Assembly (NCBI GenBank): GCA_963717525.1
Contig: OY970343.1
Location: 1,344,001 to 1,408,000, forward strand
Reading direction: 5' to 3'
Length of the DNA: 64,000 bases
Source: an uncultured Methanoregulaceae archaeon
GTDB lineage: Archaea > Halobacteriota > Methanomicrobia > Methanomicrobiales > Methanospirillaceae
Shown: piece by piece, positions 1 through 9,268 of the stretch
Layout: each line of letters opens with the position of its first letter
Position numbering within the stretch: the stretch's first letter is position 1
Notes under the pieces: model-generated
Database searches by the model: none
What the model saw: the letters and a program-made list of their open reading frames with translations, nothing else
What the model was told of the DNA's origin: nothing
Program-made: the position numbers and the translations under genes

Positions 1-1602
1 ATCGGCGGTACCGATAATACCCTGGAGGGGATTTCGCAGCTGATCGTTGAGGATTGCGAACTGTTGCATGTTCTTCTCGATCTGCTGGAATGCCTCCATC
101 TTCAGGCGCTCAACATCCTTGCGTTCGGTGATGTCGCGTGTGATGATAAGAACTGCTTTTTCGCCAAACTCATCAAAGGTCTGAGCAATGACCTCGACAG
201 GGATCAGCGTTCCCTGCTTTGTGCGATAGCTCCCTTCAAACTGGACCTTCCCGTTTGATATAAGCTGCTGTGTTACGGAATCCTGATCCGTTTCATCTTC
301 TGCCGCCAGCAAATCAACCAGCTTCATTGCGGCCAGCTCGGGACGGGAGTACCCGAGTATTTCAACAGCTGCATTATTCGCCTCAATCAACTCACCAAAC
401 CCTTCCTGGTTACTGAACCGCCAGACAACAACGGGATCAGCGATGCTGTTAAAAAAGAGATGATAACTTTTTTCTCTCTGGTCCAAGCGGCTTTTGAGAT
501 ACTGTTGGGACACTTCAAGTTCGCCCAGCATGGAGTTGACATCGGTGGCCAGTTGCGCCACTTCATCGGTTCCGGACACCGAAACACGTGCCGAGAAGTC
601 CCGGGCTGCACCGATGGAGTTCACGCGTTTGCTCACGTACAGGAGCCGGGATATGACGGTTTCATCGAGCAGGAGCAGGATGATCACTCCAAGGGAGATC
701 CCTAAAATGACCAGGAATGCAAAGAAGTAGATAGTGGTCGATTTTCCTTCGGCATAGATGTCCCGGGGTATGGTCAGCCGCATGATAAGCAGCGGCGACC
801 CGTTTATATCCCGTATGAGTGCATAGGTCCCAATATTTTCACTATCCAGGACTGCGACATACACCGGGGCGTTGACGGTGATGGCATCATTCTCCTGAAG
901 CTGGACAAAAGGTTCCGTTCCGTTCTGGAATGAGGCCATGGCCGACTTATAGTCCGCGGGAAGGGCAGGGTCGTTATAGCGGCGTATATCAAGTGGCAGC
1001 TGGACCAGGTTTCCGAGCCGCTGGATCTCGGTTGCATCCAGATACCTTGCCATGAGTATATAGCCGATTGGCGGGGTTGATGTGTCTGGACCGTACACCG
1101 GTTGAACTGCAAGGAGAAGGGGATCCTGGGGATCTCCCATAATACCGATGAAACCGTTTCCCTGCGACTGCATGGTTGAAATAACAGCCGGGGCCAGGGG
1201 TAGGGTTGTGAGGGATGCAAGGACCGGTGTCTCCTGCTGTTTTTCTATGTCGTACCCTGTGCCGGCGATTAATTCACCGGAAGCGTTATAAAAAAGGATA
1301 TAGTTGAACCTGAGGTGATCAAGGGTTCGGTTATCGAGTTCCGAGAGAAGGCCGGGTTTATCCGTATGCGCGATAGATTCCTCGACAGAACCCCGCGATG
1401 ACCAATCCTCTGCAACAGCATCGAGCTGGTTGATATCTGATGCCAGTATCGAGAGGGCACGGTTCGTATCTTTCTGGGCGCTCTGGACCTCAACAGTATG
1501 AAATGCGTCCATGACGATAGTTTCCGATGCGATCAAAAAGACCAGTAAAAGAGCGATAAGCATTGCAGACAGGATGAGGATGGTCTTTACCCGGATCTTC
1601 AC
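1..1602 (-). CDS. Membrane sensor protein CHASE4-TM-HAMP-PAS-DHp-like (3' end runs off window)
   Basis: Manual translation of several segments, all in the frame starting at GTG 1602: N-terminal TM, CHASE4-like segment (DWSS..., IGYILMARYLD), HAMP (RVSVSGTDEVAQLATDVNSML), PAS (EANNAAVEILGYSRPEL...RDITERK), then ILNDQLRNPLQGI. Absent from the ORF track, presumably because no stop lies within the window. Confidence 0.85.
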   Translation of the reverse strand, partial: MKIRVKTILILSAMLIALLLVFLIASETIVMDAFHTVEVQSAQKDTNRALSILASDINQLDAVAEDWSSRGSVEESIAHTDKPGLLSELDNRTLDHLRFNYILFYNASGELIAGTGYDIEKQQETPVLASLTTLPLAPAVISTMQSQGNGFIGIMGDPQDPLLLAVQPVYGPDTSTPPIGYILMARYLDATEIQRLGNLVQLPLDIRRYNDPALPADYKSAMASFQNGTEPFVQLQENDAITVNAPVYVAVLDSENIGTYALIRDINGSPLLIMRLTIPRDIYAEGKSTTIYFFAFLVILGISLGVIILLLLDETVISRLLYVSKRVNSIGAARDFSARVSVSGTDEVAQLATDVNSMLGELEVSQQYLKSRLDQREKSYHLFFNSIADPVVVWRFSNQEGFGELIEANNAAVEILGYSRPELAAMKLVDLLAAEDETDQDSVTQQLISNGKVQFEGSYRTKQGTLIPVEVIAQTFDEFGEKAVLIITRDITERKDVERLKMEAFQQIEKNMQQFAILNDQLRNPLQGIIGTAD

Positions 1603-1913
1603 AACGTATCCGCCGCCGCGCTGTACTGCTTAGTTCTGGTTATTGAATCCCCGGGAGTTATTACACTATCGCCAGTACATTTCCCTGGTTTTATCCGTAT
1701 CACCGGCCGATTTTTCCTGGCGGCCCGGAGACCAGAAAATCCGCTGAAATTCCGGATTTACCGGGATCCTGATGCGGAGAGACCTCGCCTATTTTTTCAC
1801 CGGTTTTTTGCCGGGTGAACCCGGCCGGTTCATCTCTGCTTTGTCAGATCCGAAAATCCCGCGTTATTTATGCATCTCTTTATCGTGTCGCCCGCCAATG
1901 TGACACTATCCTT

Positions 1914-2063
1914 ATGCAGAGCACTGAAAAAAAGATAAAATTGATCCGTGACAAGCTGAGCAGGATCGGGATCGGAGAGAAAAATCTTGACGATGAAACC
2001 ATACTCACTTCTTACAGCATCAACTCGTGCGGGAACCTGTGTTCGGTTCAAAAAAGCCATTAA
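1914..2063 (+). CDS. Small hypothetical protein (49 aa)
   Basis: ATG 1914 gives MQSTEKKIKLIRDKLSRIGIGEKNLDDETILTSYSINSCGNLCSVQKSH; protein-like composition in an otherwise empty gap. Confidence 0.4.
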   Translation: MQSTEKKIKLIRDKLSRIGIGEKNLDDETILTSYSINSCGNLCSVQKSH

Positions 2064-2102
2064 TCCTCTTTTCCCATAACCGGAAATATCCGGAAATTGT
2101 CT

Positions 2103-2672
2103 TCATATCACGTACGGGATCAGCGCTTTGACTTCCCGCTTGTATTTTGCGTATTCCTCACCGAACTCCTCCTCGAGGAACTTTTCTTCTATCCGGAACT
2201 TTATCACGAACAGGACGAGGATGAGGAGTACACAACAGAAGACAATAAAATACCCGATACCAATCGCAGTGCCGAGAAGCCCGAGGAGGATCCCTGAATA
2301 GATCGGGTGGCGCACGAACCGGTACGGCCCGGTCCGGGTGATCGTGTGATCCTCCCGGATGGTGGGCATCCCGCTCCAGTTTTTTCCCAGGTGGACCCGG
2401 GCCCAGACCGCAAACGCGAGGCCGGCGAGGGTGAGGAGGAGACCGGCAAGGGTAAACCCGATCCCATCAGGTATGATCCGCTCCGACAGGAGGTCGGGCG
2501 AGAGCCAGTTAAGCAGGAAAACCCAGAGAGCGACCCAGATGATCCCGTACATGAAAAACGAGAGCCGGGACTGCTTCCGTTTCACCGGCGAACGAGTCTT
2601 CCACGCGGAGATGAGCCAGAATACATAGAACCCCGCCCAGATGATAATGAAAAGTAATTCCGCAATCTGCAT
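2103..2672 (-). CDS. Isoprenylcysteine carboxyl methyltransferase (ICMT/PEMT) family membrane protein
   Basis: LGKNWS, GPYRFVRHPIYSG and RIEEKFLEEEFGEEYAKY motifs; start moved to MQIAEL. Confidence 0.9.
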   Translation of the reverse strand: MQIAELLFIIIWAGFYVFWLISAWKTRSPVKRKQSRLSFFMYGIIWVALWVFLLNWLSPDLLSERIIPDGIGFTLAGLLLTLAGLAFAVWARVHLGKNWSGMPTIREDHTITRTGPYRFVRHPIYSGILLGLLGTAIGIGYFIVFCCVLLILVLFVIKFRIEEKFLEEEFGEEYAKYKREVKALIPYVI

Positions 2673-2814
2673 AGTATCTTCCTTTCGTCCGCAGGGAAAC
2701 GCCGGCACGAAAAGGATCGTTGAGCGATCCTTTCCGGTTCCCTGCCGGGTACGAGTGCCTCACCGGAGTTGCAACCGGAAAGTAATGAAGGTATGCATAC
2801 CCGGGAGGGCCGAT

Positions 2815-3197
2815 ATGCCTGAAGAGGGAGGAAAACGCCCCAAAACCCCCGCATCCCGCCCTCCGGATACCCCTGTTTCACTTGCATGAATCCGATAGAG
2901 GCAGATCCGAGATGTTTTCCCGGAAAAACGGATCGTTTTTTGCCTGGAACAGACCCCCTTTATTTTCGGGCCATAGACGCATTTCCAGCCCTCCCGGCGC
3001 TCTGCATGGCCAGTTGATCATTCCCTTTTTCGCGATGAAAGGAACGCTGCTAAATTGCACGGTTTTTTTCCGATTAAAACGGCCTGTTTTCAAAAATACC
3101 GATTTATAGGAAGAATTTTGTCGGGCGTTGGCACTATTTCCACTGGAACGTTCCGGACCCGGATCCGGCCCGGAAACTCTCCGTCGTAGAAAGGATC
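2815..3197. repeat. Dispersed ~380-bp non-coding repeat, copy 1 (ORB-like core)
   Basis: Aligns co-linearly with 24038-24410; the 38-bp core AGAATTTTGTCGGGCGTTGGCACTATTTCCACTGGAAC (3112-3149) is identical to 24325-24362. Confidence 0.85.
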
Positions 3198-3274
3198 ATG
3201 GGGGACTAGAGGTCCGGACACCGACCCCCCCTTTATAAGGGGGGGCTCTGCCCGAAGAGGGAGGAGACCGCACC

Positions 3275-3649
3275 CTACCGGGCGTGCGGGTTCGTGTAAT
3301 TATCCGGCCCCCACCATTCGAGCTCACCCACGGAGAGCTCATGGACCCGGAGCCTTCTCCAGGCCCGCTCGTGCTGGGTGCGGAGCCAGATCTCCCGCGG
3401 GATCCACTGAGGGAACGGCAGTGTGCGGACATCACGGAGATCGTCCGGCAGGAGGGCTTCGTAGATCGTATCCGGGTTGATCCGGTACCGGGTCTGCCGG
3501 ACCCTCACGATACAGGCCGCTTCGGGTTTGAAGATGAAGAGGTCGTACGCGAGATCCGGATCGCTGTTCTCCTGCCACCGGTATCCCATCTGCTCTGCGA
3601 ATTTTTGTGCTTCGGCGATTGCAGCGACCGGCCTTCTCCCACGGGTCAT
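3275..3649 (-). CDS. Hypothetical protein, possible PD-(D/E)xK nuclease-like fold (124 aa)
   Basis: MTRGRRPVAAIAEAQKFAEQMGY...YDLFIFK...IVRVR; helix-GY then D-hydrophobic beta pattern reminiscent of Hjc/YraN-like folds. Confidence 0.6.
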   Translation of the reverse strand: MTRGRRPVAAIAEAQKFAEQMGYRWQENSDPDLAYDLFIFKPEAACIVRVRQTRYRINPDTIYEALLPDDLRDVRTLPFPQWIPREIWLRTQHERAWRRLRVHELSVGELEWWGPDNYTNPHAR

Positions 3650-3852
3650 CCCCGTACTGTGGGAGCCGGGGAGTTGAAGGGTTTGTGGTTGGAGAGAGAT
3701 AATGCGAGGGAGTGAGAATATATAACCACATATTATCCATAACCGGGTACTGATGTGTTGACTGTCCACTTGTCACTGCATCACGTCCACGAACATTTCC
3801 AAAAACCAACCACCAGCGTATCAGAACCAGGTACATATACGAGGCAATCACC

Positions 3853-4950
3853 ATGCTGCGGGGCCCCCGGGCTATCTTCAAACGGGACTTTAAGAAATTC
3901 TTAAGCACCCCGGTCCTCATCATATCATCGCTCTTAATCCCCGTTATGTACCTGGTCCTCTTCGGGAGCGCGATAGGAGGGGCCCTCACCCACGTACCGG
4001 TCGGTGTTGTACAGGAAGCACCGCCCTATAATGACACGCCGCTCTTTACGAGCGCCGCATACCAGCTCAACCATATCAGCCAGGGGAGCAACAACGATGC
4101 GGAGAAACTGCTGGATGTCACGGTTTACACGGACGAGGCGGTGGCCAAACAGGACCTGAACAACGGAAAAATCTCAGCGGTAATCGTATTCCCGTCTTCG
4201 GTTTCAAACGATAATGCTGTCCGGGTCTATGTCGACAGCTCGGATTCTGTCACGCCCCCGGTCATCGTTGCAGCGGTGAACTCGATCCTGCAGAGCCTCG
4301 GAGCGCACAACCCGGTCACGGTCGACGATATCTACGGGGACATCACGTACATCCAGTTCTTCGGCGTGGGCGTGATCGTGATGGCCATCTTTTCCTCAAC
4401 CTCGTTTGGCGGCGGGATCGCGCTCATCAAGGACCGGGAGAACGGCATCCACGAAGGCTACCTCGTGACGCCGGTCAAACGATCCAGTATCGTGCTTGGG
4501 ATCATCTCAAGCGGTACCGTCCGTGCATGTATCGCGGGTTTTGTGATCTTCTGGATCGACCTGCTGGCCACCGGGATCACGCTCCAGAGCTTCCAGGACT
4601 TTCTGCTTGTCCTCCTCGTGATCTTTGTGATCAGCGTCGGGGTGACGAGCTTTGTCGTCTCCTTTGCGACCCGGTTTTCCTCGCAGCAGGAGTATGGCCC
4701 GGTGATCGCGTTCTTCAACATCACCCTCTTCATGACCTCAGGGGCATTCTACCCGGTGATCGCCATGCCGGGCTGGCTGCGCTGGATCACCGTCATCAAC
4801 CCGGAGTATTACGGCATCTCGGCACTCAGGAGCATCGTCCTGAAGAACCAGGGGTTGAACGTCATATGGATGGACCTCGTTGCCCTCATAATCTTCTCAT
4901 CCCTGATGATCATTATCGGGGTCGTGACGTTCAAGAGAACGCTGGAGTAA
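3853..4950 (+). CDS. ABC-2 type exporter permease
   Basis: KDRENGIHEGYLVTPV and SGAFYPVIAMPGWLRWITVINPEYYGISALR motifs; about 6 TM segments with an extracellular loop; no ATPase gene adjacent. Confidence 0.9.
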   Translation: MLRGPRAIFKRDFKKFLSTPVLIISSLLIPVMYLVLFGSAIGGALTHVPVGVVQEAPPYNDTPLFTSAAYQLNHISQGSNNDAEKLLDVTVYTDEAVAKQDLNNGKISAVIVFPSSVSNDNAVRVYVDSSDSVTPPVIVAAVNSILQSLGAHNPVTVDDIYGDITYIQFFGVGVIVMAIFSSTSFGGGIALIKDRENGIHEGYLVTPVKRSSIVLGIISSGTVRACIAGFVIFWIDLLATGITLQSFQDFLLVLLVIFVISVGVTSFVVSFATRFSSQQEYGPVIAFFNITLFMTSGAFYPVIAMPGWLRWITVINPEYYGISALRSIVLKNQGLNVIWMDLVALIIFSSLMIIIGVVTFKRTLE

Positions 4951-4970
4951 AAAGGGGTACTTCACAAAAG

Positions 4971-5016
4971 AGCGAGGAGTGTCGCCGCCCCCGACGGGGC
5001 GCCCCCGCGGCGGATC
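4971..5016. repeat. REP-like GC-rich palindrome (single arm)
   Basis: AGCGAGGAGTGTCGCCGCCCCCGACGGGGCGCCCCCGCGGCGGATC matches arms at 8738-8783 (reverse complement), 11068-11114 and 25914-25957. Confidence 0.8.
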
Positions 5017-5172
5017 TTGGGAATGTGTATCGGATCTTTACTTGACTCACACGAATCCCTGAGTTAGATGTCAATATACTGAATACGTTGAAAATGTGAT
5101 GACCTATCCTCCCGGTCAACGAACTATTCCGGATGTGCTTTCGCAAAGAAAAACACGAAAATCAAATTATTA

Positions 5173-6222
5173 TTAATCATTTTGATAAATTAATTGATGA
5201 ACTGAATCTTTCATAATTTCTGTAAGTGAATTATCTTCATGTAAAACAACAAAATATCCTTTCGAGGAATCAGTAATAATAAACACATTTTTAATTGGTA
5301 TATGATTTCCAGAGGAGTCGAGATCTTTTAATTCAATTGTCATTTTTCTTGTAGGAATAAGACTTAATTGCCTTAACCAAAAAAAGACAGTCAAAATGCA
5401 AAATTCTACAAGTATCAGCATAAAAATATTACAATCAGAGATATATGAATAAAATGCCATAATCAATGTTAATGCCAAAAATAAATCTGGTATAAAAGAT
5501 CCCGATCCTGATTTAGGTAATCTTCTGAAAGAATCAATAAAATCATAGTTAAAAATTTTGTTATCTGGCGCACCAGTGTCAAAACTTATACCATTATTGT
5601 AAAAGTGTTGTCTTAATATAATTGGAATTTCGACTGACATCATGACAGTAATGAATCCAAACACAAAAAGGAATACATCTCCATTCACTGTTTTATTCGT
5701 GATAGAATCCAAATATAATATTAATAAACCTCCTCCTATTACAATCGCAACAGGAGACCAAAAAATCGCAGCATATTTTTCTTGAATCGCCGTGCGTTCT
5801 GCAAAATATTTGGTATTACTAAAAACATAAAAAAAATATAAATAAATGATAACAATCGAGATAACACCAATCAATCCTGAAAAATTTTCAAAAGATATAC
5901 TTGCTCCATTTAATACTGCAGAGGAAAAAATGAAATCTTTTAAATTTAAAAGAGATGTTGAATTGTAAATTGGTTTAAATAACGCCAATTTTTCATTTAT
6001 AGCAATAATTATTGAAATGAAAACGACAAAAAACTCAATAAAAATAAATATTGACAGATATTTTGACCAAGTTTTTATTTTCTGTGCAGGAGTAAAACTT
6101 TTCCATTTTTGATATATCCACAAAATCATACCTAATATTATGGATAAAATTAAAAGAGATTCCAATAAAAAAATATTAAATTGATATAGGTCAATAACTG
6201 TTTGCATTAGATTATATATCAT
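5173..6222 (-). CDS. AT-rich multi-pass membrane hypothetical protein
   Basis: 349-aa ORF with about 8 hydrophobic segments; markedly lower GC than flanking genes. Confidence 0.8.
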   Translation of the reverse strand: MIYNLMQTVIDLYQFNIFLLESLLILSIILGMILWIYQKWKSFTPAQKIKTWSKYLSIFIFIEFFVVFISIIIAINEKLALFKPIYNSTSLLNLKDFIFSSAVLNGASISFENFSGLIGVISIVIIYLYFFYVFSNTKYFAERTAIQEKYAAIFWSPVAIVIGGGLLILYLDSITNKTVNGDVFLFVFGFITVMMSVEIPIILRQHFYNNGISFDTGAPDNKIFNYDFIDSFRRLPKSGSGSFIPDLFLALTLIMAFYSYISDCNIFMLILVEFCILTVFFWLRQLSLIPTRKMTIELKDLDSSGNHIPIKNVFIITDSSKGYFVVLHEDNSLTEIMKDSVHQLIYQND

Positions 6223-6460
6223 AAATTAAAGATCCATCTTTCATTTTATTAAAAGTTATAATTATTTGTTTGCCATTGAAATTGGCAATGATTGCGTCAC
6301 TGATTTATGGGACGCCTCGATTGGACCTTGAATTAAATAATCAAAATTAGCAATTTGTGTTTAAAATGAAAAAAGTTAGGCCTTGAACATCAATGGAAAA
6401 TATACCATCCCGGCTTTTTTGCCTATTACCTAAATTTACTTAAAAAAGTATAATGACGGT

Positions 6461-7642
6461 TTAGAAATCAGTCATAACCCGGAACTGGTCGATCTCTTCC
6501 CGGTTGAGCTGGTCAAGGAACTCATCGGTTGCATGCTCAATGTCCTTGCTCGCCGTAATACCGCGGCCGACCACGAGGATATCCGCACCGGCCTTGAGGG
6601 CGTCTTTTACGACCTCGACCCGGATGCCGCCGGCGGTTGCAACGAGGAGCTTGCCGCCCGCCGCTTTCTTCATCGCAGCGATATCGCCCCACGCATGGGC
6701 GGTCTCCTCGGTGTCGATGGCGCGGTGGAGCTCGACGACGTCAGGCTTCACTTTGAGCTTCTCGATGAGCTTTGCCGGGTTCTGCACGTTGAGCATATCG
6801 ATGATCGAGTAGATGCCCACCTTGCGGGCTTCGGCAATCGCCTTCTCGATGGTGGAGGTCGGGGCAAGGCCGGAGACGACGACCGCATCGGCGGTGGCGT
6901 CGGCTGCCATTCGGGCTTCGAGGTTGCCGGTGTCGAGGATCTTGAGATCCGCGATAATAAACGCGTTCGGGCGCAGTTTCCTGATCTCGCCGATGACGCC
7001 GAGGCCGAACTTCTTGATCAGCGGTGTTCCCGCCTCGATGATCACGTGGTCGTTCTGCGGCACTTCCTGTAAGACCTGGGCGACCTTGCCCATGTCCACG
7101 AGGTCCATGGCCACCTGCAGGTACGGCGGGTCCCAGAGGCGCTGCACCTTGAATCCCATGATACCGTGCGCAGCCCGGTCCTTCTCGTATACGAGCGTCT
7201 TCGTGTCCGGGAACTTGTCGAGCGCCCGGCGGATGGCAAGCTTCGTCGCGCCGTAGTTATACCGGTAGATCCGGTTGTAGTCCCGTGCATCCGGGTGGAC
7301 AAACGCGGATGCAAGGATGACAATATCCTCGATATCGAGGTCCGTAAATACGCCCTCTTCGAGGCTGTCCGCAACCGCCTTTGCGACCGCTGCCTGGACG
7401 GGCCCGAACATCTCGTTCACCTGCTCCATGCCCTTCAATGTCACCTTCGGGATGACGACCGTCGCGGGCTTCGTGAGCAGGTTCGGGCGGACGACCGCGA
7501 GGAGCGGGGTGTGTCCCACCGATAACTGGGATACCGCGTTTGCAAACGCGCTCCCGACCGGGCCTTCCTTGTTTCCCAGCAGCAGGTCGATGTGCGCGAG
7601 TTCCGCGCCCTCGCCGATGAGTGCTTCTCCGACAAGATACAT
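6461..7642 (-). CDS. fae-hps: Bifunctional formaldehyde-activating enzyme / 3-hexulose-6-phosphate synthase
   Basis: N-terminal Fae (VGEALIGEGAELAHIDL, MFGPVQAAVAKAV) fused to HPS ([24 protein letters not shown]). Confidence 0.95.
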   Translation of the reverse strand: MYLVGEALIGEGAELAHIDLLLGNKEGPVGSAFANAVSQLSVGHTPLLAVVRPNLLTKPATVVIPKVTLKGMEQVNEMFGPVQAAVAKAVADSLEEGVFTDLDIEDIVILASAFVHPDARDYNRIYRYNYGATKLAIRRALDKFPDTKTLVYEKDRAAHGIMGFKVQRLWDPPYLQVAMDLVDMGKVAQVLQEVPQNDHVIIEAGTPLIKKFGLGVIGEIRKLRPNAFIIADLKILDTGNLEARMAADATADAVVVSGLAPTSTIEKAIAEARKVGIYSIIDMLNVQNPAKLIEKLKVKPDVVELHRAIDTEETAHAWGDIAAMKKAAGGKLLVATAGGIRVEVVKDALKAGADILVVGRGITASKDIEHATDEFLDQLNREEIDQFRVMTDF

Positions 7643-7721
7643 GTGAATCTTTTATCTCCGGTTACTTATGTGACCGTCAACCATGATAAGATTACGGGGG
7701 AATCCCCCGGAAGGACGCCGG

Positions 7722-8513
7722 TCACACCAGCAGCTGCCCGGAGAAGACCTGTACCGCGTGACCGCCGAGGATCACCCGGTCGCCGGCGAGCGTGACCTTC
7801 ACGGAACCCCCCCGGGCAGAGCACTGGAACCCGGCAACTTCGGTCTTTTTGAGTTTCTCCCCCCAGTATGGCCCGAGGCAGCAGTGGGCAGAGCCGGTCA
7901 CCGGGTCCTCCGGGACCCCCGCAGACGGGGCAAAGAACCGGGAGATAAAATCGACATCGGGGAGATCGGAGGCGGAAGTCACGATGATCCCCCGTGCGGG
8001 AAGGGCGGCAAGGGCAGCCATGTCGGGCTCGCAGTCGCAGACATCCGCGGCAGTGGGCAGCTCCACGAGCAGGTCGAACCGGTTCTTCCCGACAAAGAGG
8101 GGAGCAGCCCCCAGCGCCCGGTCAAGCCCGGGGATGGGCGGGACCGCATGCGCCGGCTCGGCGGGAAAATCAAGGTTGATCCATGCCCCATCCTGCCGGG
8201 CGGTGAGCGTCCCGGAGAGCGTCTCAAAGGAGATCGGCGATCCCGTTCCAGCCCGGCCGGTCTTCCAGAGCACGAACGCAGCGGCAAGTGTCGCGTGGCC
8301 GCAGAGCTCCACCTCCTGTGCCGGGGTAAACCACCGCAGGTCCCAGCCCTTTGCCCCGGGATGGAGAAACGCGGTCTCCGAATGTTTCAGTTCGGCCGCA
8401 ACCTGCTGCATCCACGCGGGATCGGCCGGTCCGTCAAGGATGCAGACAGCGGCAGGGTTCCCGCGAAACGGGAACCCGGTAAAGGCATCGACAACGTGCA
8501 GCTCACAGCTCAT
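7722..8513 (-). CDS. PhzF family phenazine biosynthesis-like isomerase
   Basis: VDAFT...GNPAAV, SETAF, EVELCGHATLA, EDPVTGSAHC; start moved to MSCELH. Confidence 0.93.
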   Translation of the reverse strand: MSCELHVVDAFTGFPFRGNPAAVCILDGPADPAWMQQVAAELKHSETAFLHPGAKGWDLRWFTPAQEVELCGHATLAAAFVLWKTGRAGTGSPISFETLSGTLTARQDGAWINLDFPAEPAHAVPPIPGLDRALGAAPLFVGKNRFDLLVELPTAADVCDCEPDMAALAALPARGIIVTSASDLPDVDFISRFFAPSAGVPEDPVTGSAHCCLGPYWGEKLKKTEVAGFQCSARGGSVKVTLAGDRVILGGHAVQVFSGQLLV

Positions 8514-8633
8514 GAAAGGGGATTGGTATACCGGCCGATAAAGTATCCGGGGGGGAAAATATGCAGGCGCTTTCCGATGAACGATCTTGAGTGGAATCGC
8601 ACGAGTGACAAGATAAGAAAAATCACTAAAAAT

Positions 8634-8783
8634 GCGATGTCCGCCCGCCTCAGGGCCCCTCATGGGGCACTGCGGGGCAAGGATATTTTTCCGCAACGAT
8701 ACTGGCAGCATTTTCGTTTCAAACTCATATTAGTCTCTGGCCCGCCGCGGGGGCGCCCCGTCGGGGGCGGCGGGAGCCATCGC
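8634..8783. repeat. REPIN-like paired palindromic element (arm 1 + arm 2)
   Basis: Arm 1 CCCGCCTCAGGGCCCCTCATGGGGCACTGCGGGGCAAGG and arm 2 GCCCGCCGCGGGGGCGCCCCGTCGGGGGCGGCGGGAGCCATCG; same architecture inverted at 11068-11234. Confidence 0.85.
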
Positions 8784-8876
8784 TCCGGTGAGAGAGATCG
8801 AGACCTGTTCAGAATACTTCACAGAACGGCCTTGCCGGCACGCTCCGCTCAAAAAAAGCAGACATATGAGAAAACG

Positions 8877-9045
8877 TGGGGTTGGTGAGATTTGAACTCA
8901 CGATCGACGGGTCTCTCCGACATGCATCAGTGCTCCAACGGGTCATCATCGAATCTCTCAGGAGACCCATTGTTCATCATCTGCGGGCACAAAGAACGCA
9001 AAGACCGCTGGAGCCCGTCGCCATTCCGGGCTTGGCCACAACCCC
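8877..9045 (-). tRNA. tRNA-Trp(CCA) with 95-nt intron at 37/38
   Basis: Reverse complement GGGGTTGTGGCCAAGCCCGGAATGGCGACGGGCTCCAG-[intron 9007-8913]-ACCCGTCGATCGTGAGTTCAAATCTCACCAACCCCA. Confidence 0.95.
8913..9007 (-). ncRNA. Intron-encoded C/D box guide RNA of pre-tRNA-Trp
   Basis: Two ATGATGA (C/C') and two CTGA (D'/D) boxes; guides ATGGGTCTC and CCGTTGGAGC are complementary to the exon-intron junction regions of the pre-tRNA, as established for euryarchaeal tRNA-Trp introns. Confidence 0.88.
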
Positions 9046-9268
9046 GCCCTTCAGACAGCGCCCCATGGCACAGCTGACTATACAAGATCGTGCTGACGAA
9101 ATTTAATTGTTTTCCCTGAACGGATAAGGTTCTCCCACACCGGACACCGGTTACCGGGCAGCCCTGCGGGGCGTTCTCCTGCCGGTCCGGCCAGGTACCG
9201 TCCAACCGCACACAACCCTGCCCAACCCATCAGCAGCAATATATCCTGCCATTACTCCATATTTTACG

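Noticed and set aside
2878..3109. Protein family formed by ORFs 2878-3093 and 24172-24414
   Set aside because: The shared peptide (RFNxxKTVQF) follows from the DNA repeat; starts, stops and frames are not preserved between the copies.
7683..8888. Long antisense ORFs (e.g. 7683-8888, 11397-12617, 19118-20287, 32230-33336, 40588-41577)
   Set aside because: Shadow frames opposite well-supported GC-rich genes, with no recognisable motifs.
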